A stretch of DNA of 64,000 bases from Amoebophrya sp. A120 (taxonomy: Eukaryota > Protista > Dinoflagellata), in the NCBI GenBank assembly GCA_905178155.1, contig CAJINV010000005.1:5855754-5919753 (forward strand). Direction: 5' to 3'. This document shows positions 1-11,806 of this stretch, piece after piece (within the stretch, counting starts at the first letter, position 1; each line of letters begins with the position of its first letter). The notes under the pieces were generated by a model. The model made no database searches. It was given only the letters and a program-made list of their open reading frames with translations, and was not told where the DNA came from. The position numbers and the translations under genes were made by a program.

Positions 1-1220
1 ATAAGAACCGAATAGCAACGAAATTGGTCGTTTGGGAATGTCGTGTCGTGCGATTCACAGTTACTGTGCGCGATTGGTTTGAAAATGTGAACGAGCACTA
101 CTCCCGGCGCACGCCCCGCGACAGGGTCCGCGGCGTCGGCAACATGAGCGAGCGAGGAGATGAAGTTATCTCGCGCGGATTCATGTTGACTGCCCACCGG
201 GTGGTCTGACCAAAACTCATTTAGCATTTGATGCACATCTCCCAGCCATTTCCTGAAATCTGCAGCGGTCGTTTCACCCTGCACTCGGAGCGGGCCCCAA
301 AGAGTGCTCCGAGTGAATGCAAGTGTCGGGAACCCGGTGCCCCACACGGAGCGTTCGCCGCTCTGCTCATCTTGCTGCGCACCAAATACGTCCAGGCTCA
401 ATTGGCCTAACAAGGTTTCGAGGGCGGCGAGCGGTTCGCTGACTTTGCTAATTTCGCTTTTAAGCTCTTGCCTTGCTTTGTCAAGCCACGTCTCGAGATC
501 GTTCAGGCTTGGCACGGCCTCGTGAGGTCCGGCTTTCTCCTCGACGGCCGGGATCTCCCGGATGATGGCGGAGCTGGCAGCTTCAAAAAAATAAACTGCG
601 TCAAGCAATTTCTCGGTGGCAACATGAATTTTCCGCACATATTCCTTGTCACGTGCGAGATCAGAAACCCACTTCCGCAGCTTCTGGTCTTCGTCCGCCT
701 CGCTCGAAGACGCGGTCGACCTGTGCAGCGTCTTCTGCAGAAAATTGGCGCTTTCCCCTTCTCGCCGATTGCTGGGAGCAAGAACTTCTACATTGCCGTC
801 CACATCCACTTCCGCCGGTGCTGCAGAGGTGCTGTCGGAGGGAGCCGTCTGCCCGCGCCGAGCAAGGAAGGGCCTCTTCCTGTGGTCGGAATGAGTGGAA
901 GTGGTGGAGGTCGAGCTCTTCTCGGCTTCGTCCTCTAGTTCCTCGCCCGTGTTGCGAGGGCGGCGAGCCAGGAAGGGCTTCTTCGCCTGGTCAGCGCCGG
1001 CGTCGACAGAGGTCGTGGAGGCTTTCGGCGTCGTGCGGCGGACCGCCTGCACCACTCCAGTCGCGTTCAACATCATGGACCCGAAGCCAGCGGCGGAGGC
1101 CGCGGCGCCGGCGGCCGTGGCTTTCTTGTTCCGCACGTGACAAGAACCGTAGTCCCGACCCAGTTTTTGGTAGCGCTGCATCACCACCTGCTTGCGCTTG
1201 CCGGCCCGCTTCGCATAGCC
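1..1220 (-). CDS. Partial exon of a hypothetical protein, open off the window start (absent from the ORF track)
   Basis: Stop-free minus frame from 1220 to base 3 (...QKLRKWVSDLARDKEYVRKIHVATEKLLDAVYFFE...), bounded upstream by a TAT-starting element at 1221. No family recognised. Confidence 0.5.
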
Positions 1221-1434
1221 TATAACAGTGCACAACTCCCCCTCCCCATCATCTGTATAGCATGAACCAACGGCAACACAAGCATCAGAAAGAATGCCGG
1301 TTTTGCATGACAAATTGGCACTGGAATATAGTGGTATTTGGACTACCAGAACTTGTCATGCAAACAGGGCCACGAGGCAAAGCGAAAGCGTGGAGTGGGT
1401 ATTTTGCATGACAAATGTGGGGGAGGGGGAGTTG
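1221..1434. mobile_element. Introner family F10, right end truncated
   Basis: Left end TATAACAGTGCACAACTCCCCCTCCCC resembles 31346 and 58848; right TIR GGGGAGGGGGAGTTG breaks off at the GTTTGAAAATG motif. Confidence 0.6.
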
Positions 1435-1491
1435 GTTTGAAAATGACCGAAGAGCGCGATTGGTTTGAAAATGTGAACGAGCACACCGACT

Positions 1492-1743
1492 GCGGCCGAC
1501 CAAATCGGCTCGAGACCGCGATCTCGGGACGATTTGGTCAGCATTGGCCTCTCCAACCCGTCCGCCCGCGGCCGACCAAATCGGCTCGAGACCGCGATCT
1601 CGGGACGATTTGGTCAGCATTGGCCTCTCCAACCCGTCCGCCCGCGGCCGACCAAATCGGCTCGAGACCGCGATCTCGGGACGATTTGGTCAGCATTGGC
1701 CTCTCCAACCCGTCCGCCCGCGGCCGACCAAATCGGCTCGAGA
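1492..1743 (+). repeat. 76-bp tandem repeat with an internal hairpin, running into the gap
   Basis: Identical units start at 1492, 1568, 1644, 1720; each contains GACCAAATCG...CGATTTGGTC. Confidence 0.95.
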
Positions 1744-2167
1744 NNNNNNNNNNNNNNNNNNNNNNNNNNNNNNNNNNNNNNNNNNNNNNNNNNNNNNNNN
1801 NNNNNNNNNNNNNNNNNNNNNNNNNNNNNNNNNNNNNNNNNNNNNNNNNNNNNNNNNNNNNNNNNNNNNNNNNNNNNNNNNNNNNNNNNNNNNNNNNNNN
1901 NNNNNNNNNNNNNNNNNNNNNNNNNNNNNNNNNNNNNNNNNNNNNNNNNNNNNNNNNNNNNNNNNNNNNNNNNNNNNNNNNNNNNNNNNNNNNNNNNNNN
2001 NNNNNNNNNNNNNNNNNNNNNNNNNNNNNNNNNNNNNNNNNNNNNNNNNNNNNNNNNNNNNNNNNNNNNNNNNNNNNNNNNNNNNNNNNNNNNNNNNNNN
2101 NNNNNNNNNNNNNNNNNNNNNNNNNNNNNNNNNNNNNNNNNNNNNNNNNNNNNNNNNNNNNNNNNNN
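1744..2167. other. Assembly gap (424 N)
   Basis: Run of N. Confidence 1.
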
Positions 2168-2581
2168 GCCCGCCGTCCTCCCACCTCCTCCCCAACCCGG
2201 CCCGGAGTGCCAGAGGCGTCGCCCACACGATCGCGTTCGCGCGCCCGTTTGATCCGCGGAAAAGGCGCTGCCACAAAAGCTGCGCCAACCCACGATGGAT
2301 CGCTGGCCCGCTTTTGTTCTTGCGACCGGCGGGCGCGAAAGCTGCCAAATATTGCGACCCTGGGGAAAGTTTCAGGGTGTGCACTGCACTGTTCGTGAAA
2401 TTATCCGAGACGCGAAATACGCACCAATTACAAAGAGCTTACGCGGCCGCTTATTTAACAGGTGCCCAAGCTGTAAGTTACTGTGCGCGATTGGTTTGAA
2501 AATGTGAACGAGTGAAAACGATGCGGCCCCCAGAGGCTGCCAGGTGCGGTTTTCCCGCCTTCGGCCTTACGGGCCAGCAGC

Positions 2582-2720
2582 TTCCCCAAAAATCCGCCAC
2601 ACCAGACAAGTGCACACCTTCAGGGGGTGCTCTGTGCTGCTGTGGCGGATTTTTGGGGAACCCTTCCGCCGATGCTATGCCCTTCCCCCAAAAATCCGCC
2701 ACAGCAGCACAGAGCACCCC
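2582..2720. repeat. Perfect 35-bp inverted repeat plus a third partial arm
   Basis: 2624-2658 is the reverse complement of 2686-2720 (27-nt spacer); 2582-2601 pairs with 2641-2660. Confidence 0.9.
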
Positions 2721-4191
2721 GTTGGAGCACCCCGTTGGGGCACCACCTCAAACGGGTTGCCCAAAAAATCTGGCCGAAGGTTTCCCCGAACCGGCCAGGA
2801 ACCTCTTGAGGCAGTGCATTAGAGTAGAAGAAGAAAAAACCGCTTCCCTAGCCCTTTCGTCGCATCCTTGTCCAGACACTCCCGCATCATGTCGCCCATG
2901 AAGGGCAATGCGTCCTTTTTCCCCTGCAAGACAACGCGCCGAAGAGCAACGCGGAGACGCGCATTCCAGAGAACCCGCTGCCCGCGCCCTACCGCTGCCT
3001 GCCGTCTGCTGATGTATGTCATTTCCAACGCGACGAGCCGTCGACGTCGGGCCTGCACGTCTGGTGCGATTGGTTTGAAAATGTGAACGAGCACACCGAC
3101 ATAGGAACGAATGGAAGACCGAAGAGAATCTTTATGAATGCGACACCTGCAGGAGCTCTACTTCTAAAGGCCCGACCGATATCAAATCGATAATGTTTTG
3201 CGAAAGAACGACCGAAGCACAAGGGCAGGTAAGTTGTTCTATGGATGTGCTGGAAGACGACCTCTAATGAAGTGCAAACAACTTTTCGTCTGTTGGAGTT
3301 GGTACAGGAAGAACAATTGCAACCTGTGACCTGCCGAAAGGGGCTCTGCGTGTAGGAGCAGGACAATGCGAAATACCAAATTTTTTGTGTGGTCCGTCGT
3401 AGCTTTAGGAGTTACAAATTGAATGGGGGATGACATTTATTGTGCAAAAAAGGCCAGACCCACGAGAATGACGTGGACGATCAGAACGATTCTCGTGGTT
3501 TTCCGAAAAGGGTGGAGATAGGAATAAATCTCCGTCATTAGTGTAAAAATACTGAAGAAAAATAGTGTACAACAGCTCTTAATTTTGAAAAGGAGTTAGG
3601 TAAAAAGAAGACATGAGATACTTATGTGAACAAAGGTCACAGTCAATAGCTTAGTGGAGCTCGTGGAAAGGGTCGTTAGTTGAGTTTGTTGTGATGTCGT
3701 CGTCAAAGAACTACTCAAAGCCGTTTTTTTTATGAAGCAAAATTTCTCGAACGAAAGTTATGAAATCAAAATGCAAGAACCACATGGAAACTTCTTCGTG
3801 ATCGCAACTACAGAAAGAATTCTTCAAAACGGAGAAGATGTGGCGTCCAAAAAAGTGACTTGCACACCATATCTCTTCCAGTGCCAGTGCGGCAGCGGCT
3901 CTCCGCGCATGATAAGTTACGTATTTAGGGCCTGGGACAAATACTCAAAAATCAAAATCTTTGCAGGATAGTAAATACCACAGTATTTTTATCCGAAGCA
4001 TACTATGCATAAATCGATAGATGCTACAGAAGTTCTTGATTGATCCGGCGACATGTTGTTGATGACACAAAGTGCTTGAGTACTTGCTTGTAGAAGTTTC
4101 CCTTAAAGTCATCCTCATCTTCTTCTGCGTTAAATTCATTTCATCTTCCGGTCATACATGGCTGTAGTAAAGATGAATGCGCCAGCAGTTT

Positions 4192-5091
4192 TTACTTCGA
4201 CGCTGCTTTGACCCCGGCTGCGGCGGCAAAGAAGATGAAGTAGACCACCACCCCGGTGATGATGAGGGGCAGGAGGACTATCACATGTAAAAATGTCTGG
4301 GTCTGGAAGATTGCGACACTTGTCATGCTTGTCTGGCATGACCAAAAAGTTTGTGATGCGTGTCCAAGAAGAGACCCTTTTGCCTGTCATGCAAAAACGC
4401 AGTTTGTCATGCGAAAAACGCAACACAAAGAAGCGCAGAGATTTCTCATGCTTGGCTGTGCATCAACACAGAGCATTCACTATTCCCAACGCAGCATCAC
4501 AAGTTTCCAGACCCAGACATTTTTACATTTGATAAGGACCGCGAAAATGATAATCATCGTGATGCAGCAGCAGCCGCAAGCTATCCTGAGAAAAAGCGTC
4601 TACGTCCCAACGACCCCATCATATCTCCACCTTTATGCTTATGCAAATCTACATGCTAATGTTCTTTTTGATGCCCAGAGCATGAACATCTCTGACTCTA
4701 CTGACGCAGCTTGCCAGGCGACTTCTCATTTTCTAGTCCCATTTGATAGCACTGGAAAGAAGCTCCTGTCACGCTCCACCGACCATCTTAGTGGGGCAAT
4801 CGATTTGGATTTGTGACGCGGCCGCATTAGAAGAAGCTCCATCTAGGGTGGAGGTGCGCGACTTCATCTACTTACTACACGGCACAACATCACTCAAACT
4901 TCTCCCATGATGCGTGGAGGGCCCTCCCAAAAATTCTGGATTTGTGTTGCGGAATTCTTATGTTAGCTATGGGGCGGTGTCGGGAACGTAGCTTTTTACA
5001 CAGGATACAAGCGGCATCCGCTGCGTCCTTGTTGTCGGTCTTGTTGTCAGCGCCATTTCCAGCGCCTTGATCATCCCCGCCTTCGCCCGCT
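4192..5091 (-). CDS. 3' part of a small single-pass membrane protein (5' end unresolved)
   Basis: Removing elements 4582-5007 and 4279-4534, each with one DR, gives GEGGDDQGAGNGADNKTDNKDAADAACGCCCITMIIIFAVLLPLIITGVVVYFIFFAAAAGVKAASK-stop. Confidence 0.65.
4279..4534. mobile_element. Introner F1 (TIR core ATGTCTGGGTCTGGAA), 256 bp
   Basis: TAT...ATA, ~30-bp TIR, DR AGGAC/AGGAC. Confidence 0.9.
4582..5007. mobile_element. Introner F7 (TATCCTGAGTAAAAACGT-type), 426 bp
   Basis: TAT...ATA, diverged TIR, DR CAAGC/CAAGC. Confidence 0.85.
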
Positions 5092-5242
5092 TATGCAATG
5101 TAAATTTCCTGTACATGTACAAAATGCATGACAAATTTCGCTAACTTGCAGTGTCCAACTTGTCATGCTACACTAGGATTGAAGGCAAGTTTTGTCATGC
5201 AGAGACTGCATTTGTACATGTACAGGAAATTTACTGTGGATA
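5092..5242. mobile_element. Introner F3 (AAATTTCC.GTACA), 151 bp
   Basis: TAT...ATA, TIR, DR CCGCT/CCGCT. Confidence 0.9.
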
Positions 5243-5503
5243 CCGCTGCATTTGATCACATGCAAACACGTAGTTGTCATTTGGGTCATCTTCTGGCTCT
5301 ACCTCTAGGAAGTTGTCATGCTCAAAATAAAAAAACGAGTGCTCAACTGAACTGACTAGGTGTACTTGCCACGCAGCCAAGAATGAAAAAAAATATTTGA
5401 GCGGTGCTGAAGTGCGTAAAAATCCACATGACATATCGCGTGACTTTTGCCTGACAAAGAAGTAGCGCAACGCGAATGAGAGGGTTCATACTCATTACAG
5501 ACT

Positions 5504-6310
5504 TCACAAGAGAATAAAGAACAACATCCTTTCCAAAGAACTTCTCAACATTACATCATCAAACCCACACAACAAGAAGAACCTCCCAACCAACGACAAC
5601 ATGTTTGCAGTACATAACGGCCGCTGCTTCGCACCGATGGCAGTCATCACGGACTCCCACAAACCGAGTTTCTTCGTCGTGGTAACCGCGACGTTCGTGT
5701 GTTCGCTTTCCGTAGTGGACTATGCAATGCAAAAGCATCATACTAGTATAAATTGCATTACAAATTAGCCCAGCACTACAAATCAGATTTGTAATGCTGA
5801 TTTACCTTGGGGATGAGATTTGTAATGCATAAACGCAATTACTACGAGTACGATACTTTTGCACAGGATATGGACAGCCGATACTGCTGCTTGTTGACGA
5901 CGTCCATGCGGATACGGAACGCGGTCGCCGTATGGAAGCGCCAGGATCGAAATCGTCAAAGTTGAAATAGTTTGGCATGCATAAAATGGATGCCAGTTGA
6001 AACCCAGTTTCCCAGTAACGCATGACAAATTTTGGTGGTGCCTAGATCCAGTTTGTTATGCTGCTTAGGGACAGAGGGCGTCTTTTGTCATGCTACTCTG
6101 GCAGCTCTATCGCAGACCCCAAACAGGCTGAAAGTCGGCCTCACTGACTTGCCATCCCTGCAAGAGAGGCACCTCATGCCTCGCAATTTGTGCATGAGAA
6201 ATTGTTTCAACTTTGTCGATTTCAATTCTGACGCTTCCATACGCCGAAGTGGTCAAGAAGCCCCCCGCCAGGGCGAGGAAGAGCCCCGCGATCAGCTTCT
6301 TGGAGATCAT
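5504..6310 (-). CDS. Small protein with a signal peptide (3' end uncertain; may join the 4192-5091 exons)
   Basis: MISKKLIAGLFLALAGGFLTTSA|TAFRIRMDVVNKQQYRLS|TTESEH stays in frame after removing two elements with one DR each. Confidence 0.55.
5721..5870. mobile_element. Introner F2 (GCAAAAGTATCGTACTCGTA), 150 bp
   Basis: TAT...ATA, TIR, DR TGGAC/TGGAC. Confidence 0.9.
5931..6241. mobile_element. Introner F4 (TATGGAAGCGTCAG), 311 bp
   Basis: TAT...ATA, ~35-bp TIR, DR CGCCG/CGCCG. Confidence 0.9.
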
Positions 6311-7811
6311 GAAAGAGAGCACCATGGTTGTAGAGTTCTTTGAGAAGTGGTCTCTTGTTGAGGAACTTCTTTCCTGTTTGGTTAAAAACCGAGAGAGAAG
6401 AAGTTGTTCTTGCAGTTTGTTTGCCGATTTCGAGTTGTCGAGTGTTTGCTTTTTCTGTGTACTAAGAAAAGTACAACACGGGCTTTGTAAACCTTGTTTC
6501 GTTCTTGGGGTGGTTTTGGAAGAGTTGTTTCCTTCGATGCCTTTCCTGTAAAAGTTATTTGGAATAGTTGTATGAGTATGTACAGTCGTCGGCACAACCA
6601 CAAGATGAACTGGAGCGCATTTCTAAAATCTTGTTCTCCGTATAAGAATTCCCTTCAACCGACGACTCTATGTGCACCATCCTGACTCTACTCATAAAGA
6701 CCAACATCGGGACGATAAAGTGTAATATTGGGACGAAGTAGGAGTAGAGGGCGCACCAGCACGAGGAACAAAGCGCTCTTAGTACGGTTTGTACGTTGTT
6801 ACCGATCTATTTTGCACGTTGACCCCGAGCGTACGCGACTTCTGGACGAGATGAAGCTTTTTTCTTCACCAGTGTCATGTACTGTCGTGGTGCACGAAGA
6901 AGTAGATAATAACCGACAGCACTAGGTAGAGAAGTCCAAGCTAAAATCTGCGGGACGTCGTCGAACCGAGCAGACCGGACAAGGGCTACGCACGGACTAG
7001 TCCAAGTAGTATGAAAACCGACCTACTACATCAAGAAAAACCTCGACTAGCATACGACCTACCACCAAGTAGAATCAGGCACGAACCGATTTTATTGCTC
7101 CTGCAAGAAATGGTACTCAAACCACATCACAACTACCGACGAGCAGACAATTTGGGTTTGAAAGGTTTCTCAATTTGATGCAAATGTAAATAGCGCACCG
7201 AATCATTTTTCAACAAAGAGGAGGAATAGCAGACAGGGTTCCTTCGGAAGCTACTAACCGAGACGTACGAACATCACCAACAAAACGCCGCTCTAGCGAG
7301 CACAAAGGGAAACAATTATAAACGAAACCAATGTAGTATACAGTACTGTGAATGGAATCTTCAATATGCACATCGTGTTGTGGAAGTGCCGTCAATAGAT
7401 TGTTCTTTAAGTAAAATAGGATGAGAAATCATTTTTTGGAGGCGAAAAAAAAAATACTTCTTATCGCAGGAGTTGAAAACTACGTACATAGTAGAAAAAT
7501 CGACAATCAGAAAAGATCTTTATTTTTTCAAATCAACAACAAAACTGGCTTCAAAATAAACAAAAAAAGTTCAAGATCGAGTTGCAAAGTAGATATTAGT
7601 ACGACTTAAAGTGATAGTACGAAAGGGGGACAAAAATATCATCCGCTCCTTGATCTGAGCAGCAGAAGAATGGAAAGCAGAAGCCGTTTCGGGTGGTGGG
7701 CCGAGGGAGAACTACAACTAGATGAACTCCCGTGCATCAATAATCTCGTGTCTTGCATCGAAAAATCTTCCCGGCAGCGGCCCGCCATGAAGATGAGTTT
7801 TCTCCACTACT

Positions 7812-9084
7812 TTAGCTCAAGTTTATTTCGTCCTCCTGCCCCTCCATCGATGCTGGTACATCAATAAATGTCGACGCGAGCTGCCCACCTGCTGGTGGCG
7901 TTGCTCCCGTCGATACTGGAATATCAATATTGATGAATGTCGACGCGAGCTGCCCAGCACCAGCTGGCGCTGCTCCCGACATCACTGGAGTATTGATGAA
8001 TGTCGACGCGAGCTGCTGCTGCCCCCCTGCTGCAGCCACTCCGGAGACCCGCCGCCCTCGCGACGATCTTCTTGGTCGATTGTTTGCAGCGTACACAGGA
8101 GCTCCATCCGCCGGCGCCGTCGACGTGGTGGCTCTCCCTGGTTGATACAGCTGCTGTTTCGGCCGGATGTTGTTGTTGGTCCCAGCTGCAGTGGCGGGAG
8201 TTGTTGTGGTCATGGTCGTGTAGTTGACCGGCGCGGCATTTGTCGCAAAATAAGTTCACCCACCGGCGTCCACGAGAGGGGGTGATTGCGGGGTTATAGT
8301 AGCGCCTGAAACTCCATCACCTTCACCACCACCGCCCACACTGCTCCCCATGCGCGCGCCCCCGTAGACAAAAAAGGAAATAATACAGGCAGTCAAGCAA
8401 CACACACCCAAGTGAATCCCAATGATGCAAAAAGTATGGACATGACAAAAGTAGTATCGTACTTTGGTGCTACGCTGGGTATATCAAAACTTTTGCACCA
8501 TCTTACAACATTTTGTTCTTGAGACCGAAGAGGCCAGATTTATCAACATGTTTTTAGGCACGAGAACAGTACTTCTTCCACGAACGAGACCATTCTTGTA
8601 GAAGTACGATACTACTTCTTTTGCGGAATCGATAGACGACTTTGCCGGGCCCGTCCTTTCGAAAGCACGGCTCATCATCTTCAGGCGCGGACATCTGCGA
8701 GCCGGATTTGCTTGCTTCTTGTCCAATACGAGATTCTCGGAATGTTTATCCTGTGCAAAAGTATCGTCTTCGTAGTAATTGCAGTGACGCATGACAAATC
8801 TCCGATCTATAGGCAAAGCAGCATTACACAATCTACTTTTCTTCTTGGCATTATTTGTCTTGCTATTTATACTAGTACGATAGTTTTGCAATGCATAATG
8901 TTCTCGCAAGGTCGATGTGGACCTTATTCTGCTCGTGTAGTTGCTGGTTCATGACATTCACGTTCACCTACTTCAACGCGTGCGCGGCCAGAAAAGAATA
9001 ATTGCCCCAGAAGGCGGTGGACGAGGTCGAGGTCAACGACGTCGTTGCCGCTATCACAAAGCAGACAAAAGACGACACTTTCAT
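7812..9084 (-). pseudogene. Probably disrupted gene for a secreted or membrane protein
   Basis: Signal-like MKVSSFVCFVIAA... then an in-frame TAG at 8968-8970, an introner at 8747, and a 3' ORF 7812-8213 with three GQLASTFI-type repeats. The frames do not join cleanly. Confidence 0.3.
8747..8897. mobile_element. Introner F2, 151 bp (opposite orientation to 5721)
   Basis: TAT...ATA, DR ATGTT/ATGTT. Confidence 0.9.
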
Positions 9085-10279
9085 GGTTGTCCTCCTCAGG
9101 GGCCGCGGGGGCCGCGGTAAGGTCATGGAAGAACTGCTGCGAACCGGCTGCTCCATTCTTCTCCGGATTTTCTTTCTTGTTATCCAACACTTCACTTGGG
9201 GAAAGAAGTATTAGAAAACAATAAGAATACAACTGCTTGTTGACTACATTGGGAAATAAATGAGAACCAGACGAATTTTTAATTACGGGGTTGATAGTGT
9301 CGTCGTGAAATATGTTGATGCTGTTGGGAAAGAAAAGAAACGAATGCGAATCCTCAAGCAAACGACGACGATACGTCATCATGGAACGAAAATCTAGTAT
9401 GCCATAGTCAAAAGAAATTACGTGCAGAAACAACAACACCAACAGGCGCCAGTAGTAAATCTATCACCGAAGCGGACGGTAAAGATGTGGTTATGAGATG
9501 AAACCAATTTTTTCGACGAAAATGAAACCGAGCCACAAACAGTGGTCCTTACCATGAAAGACCGATGGGGCTAGAAGGTCCTCGTAGGAGTTCCTGCTTC
9601 GACTTCGTACTACTTTACGCCAAAAACGAAAACGTAGCAGATGCTGAATATGATAGATTCAGTACCAAGCGGTTGAGCCGACGAAGTAGAAACTACCGAA
9701 TTAATTCGCCAGCACCCATATTTCATCTCAAGAAGTACAAACGGAGGGGGGAGAACGAACCGAGCTAATGGTAATGGCTGTGATGGCAGAAAGCAGAAGT
9801 AGATCATGACGGGGGCAATAACCGAAACCGGAAGAGGACTCATGATACCAAATTGATGAAATCGAAGAAGCTGTGAAAATAGCGGTCGTTCTAAAAGAAA
9901 CCGCAACCGACGGTCGAAACTCCACACTTTACCTTCTTCGACAAACACCGACTTTTGCTACTAGTAGCCTTCAATTTCTGGCCCATACCAAAGAAAACAG
10001 ATAAATTCAAATCGGTCCAACATACGTTTCGTGAGTATGTTGAGTTCGCGGTCGAGATTGAAATTATGCATTTTATTTCGAAATTTCGTAATTGTTTACT
10101 AAACAAGGGTCCTTTTTCGTAGATGAACTGCAGCAGCAGCTCCTCATGACTTACTAAGTAAGTCATGAGGAGCACTAAGTAAGTCATGAGGAGCTGCAGT
10201 TCATCTTCCTCCTGGTGTGGTTGCACTTGGAAAAAATTAAAGTTGCACATGAAAAACGTAAACTGTCCCGGTCCGTCTA

Positions 10280-11806
10280 CTAGACCATAAGCACGCGACC
10301 TGGCTGCAGTACTTTCTCCGCTTCGCTCTGCGAAGAGGACAGTACGCCGCTCCGCTGATCTCCTGCTGTATTGGCTTCTGCTGGGTCCTCTTCGACCTCG
10401 GAATTTCTTGTGAGCAGCAACTGCTGAAGACACGCCGCGCAGCCGTGCTTCTTCGTAATTCCAACATCAGCAGGAACTCCTGCTGCGGACCTGCTATCTT
10501 CAACATCTGCAAGGACTCCGTGCCGGCCCCGAAGATCGTGGCCTATAGAGGAAGTAGAAGCCCTGACATCGTGGTCAACATCACCTGCAAGAACTAGGGT
10601 CGTCCTTCTCGCAACGTCTTCGTCCGTCTGCGCCTGCAAAAACGCTTCCGCCTCTTCCTCGGAGCAGCTACAAGAGTCTTTTATCCAGGGCGGATCTCTC
10701 GGGGCCAGAGTAAGATACGGTGTAGGCGTCGTGATCATCGTCCCGTTGATGCCCAGAGGAGGAGCCTGCTTGTCTTGCTCACGCGGATAGGGTCCCGCCT
10801 CCTCGTTATTTTTTTGCAGGTCTGCGATTTCTGATGTGCTGCCTCCCGACGACGTCGACCCAGGTTGACCGTTATTTGCCGCTGGAGGTACAGGTTGTGG
10901 TTGCGGACTTCCCCCTATCAGGTCACTACCCGGAGGGTCGTCCTCGTGGTCACTACCCAAAGAACCTCCCGATCCGCCGCCATTTGACGTGTGATTACTA
11001 GAAAGTTCTTCTCCACTGGGATCTAAGAACCCTTTGGTTTTCGCCATGCAGGGAAAATTTTCCCAATAGTTTTGCTCAACACAGTACTTCTCTCCGATTT
11101 CCTGCCCGGTCAAACCCTCGTCTGCAAAATTAGATAAGAACGGCCGGCAGAACTGTTCCAAATTGCCGACATCCGGGGCGAAAACGGTATTCGGTAGGGA
11201 TTCCGTGTCAACAGTGAGTTGATGGATTAAGAAATTATACTTCGCGTTATTTCCCTCTTCCCCCTCGACGCCTTCCTTGTTCCATGACCGGTTATACCCG
11301 GGGCAATTCGGCGTGGCACTGCACAGCTCGATTCCCGCGTTTGGATCGGTGGTGTCTTTTATGTAGGTGGCGTGCATGAGCGGTTTTGGTCCTCCTGCGG
11401 AGGTCGGTTTATCGCTGCCGCTGGTGTCTTCATCTGCATTCTGTATCTCGTCTTTGCTGTTTACAACTTCTACTGCGCACCAACCGTACCCGATGTTTGT
11501 GTACGCGACTTCGCTTGTTCCGGGGTAGGAAGAGGACCCATATCGGTACACGCGCTCCTGGTTTAGAGGCGGCGTCGGGGTCTTCTTGCGGTTACCCGCC
11601 GCCCAAAGGGTGTGCGTGTTCAACTTTTTCATCGTGGCGTCGAGCTGGAGTCCACTCACGACCCTCCATGGGGAGCCGCGCGGCTGCAAGAGGAGCACGA
11701 AAAAAGTTGACCACGAGAAAAAAGGAAAAGCGCCTCGGGAAGTAAGTAGATGACCGCCGCCACCGTGCAAGTGGTTGCAAGTAGTAGTAGTGGCCAGCAT
11801 GATCAT
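10280..11806 (-). CDS. Intronless hypothetical protein, 508 aa, probably secreted, Cys-containing with Gly/Pro-rich linker
   Basis: Long ORF with an N-terminal hydrophobic stretch (WSTFFVLLLQ); no family recognised. Confidence 0.65.
   Translation of the reverse strand: MIMLATTTTCNHLHGGGGHLLTSRGAFPFFSWSTFFVLLLQPRGSPWRVVSGLQLDATMKKLNTHTLWAAGNRKKTPTPPLNQERVYRYGSSSYPGTSEVAYTNIGYGWCAVEVVNSKDEIQNADEDTSGSDKPTSAGGPKPLMHATYIKDTTDPNAGIELCSATPNCPGYNRSWNKEGVEGEEGNNAKYNFLIHQLTVDTESLPNTVFAPDVGNLEQFCRPFLSNFADEGLTGQEIGEKYCVEQNYWENFPCMAKTKGFLDPSGEELSSNHTSNGGGSGGSLGSDHEDDPPGSDLIGGSPQPQPVPPAANNGQPGSTSSGGSTSEIADLQKNNEEAGPYPREQDKQAPPLGINGTMITTPTPYLTLAPRDPPWIKDSCSCSEEEAEAFLQAQTDEDVARRTTLVLAGDVDHDVRASTSSIGHDLRGRHGVLADVEDSRSAAGVPADVGITKKHGCAACLQQLLLTRNSEVEEDPAEANTAGDQRSGVLSSSQSEAEKVLQPGRVLMV

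Larger units (their letters stand above)
59..3100 (+). repeat. Dispersed motif GCGATTGGTTTGAAAATGTGAACGAG, four copies
   Basis: Copies at 59-95 and 2476-2512 (37 bp identical), 1456-1490 and 3066-3100 (35 bp identical); partial copy at 1432-1445. Confidence 0.9.

Noticed and set aside
1492-1743. CRISPR-like array
   Set aside because: Units are fully identical with no variable spacers, no cas genes are present, and the context is eukaryotic.
1338-2499. Long ORFs spanning the N gap
   Set aside because: Artefacts of translating N and the tandem repeat.
8968-8970. In-frame TAG after a signal-like peptide, suggesting stop-codon reassignment (which I recall being reported in one Amoebophrya isolate)
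   Set aside because: The rebuilt RPN10, CDC14, Canopy-like and 7TM CDSs contain no internal stops and end at TAA, TAA, TGA and TAG. A lesion or error is simpler.
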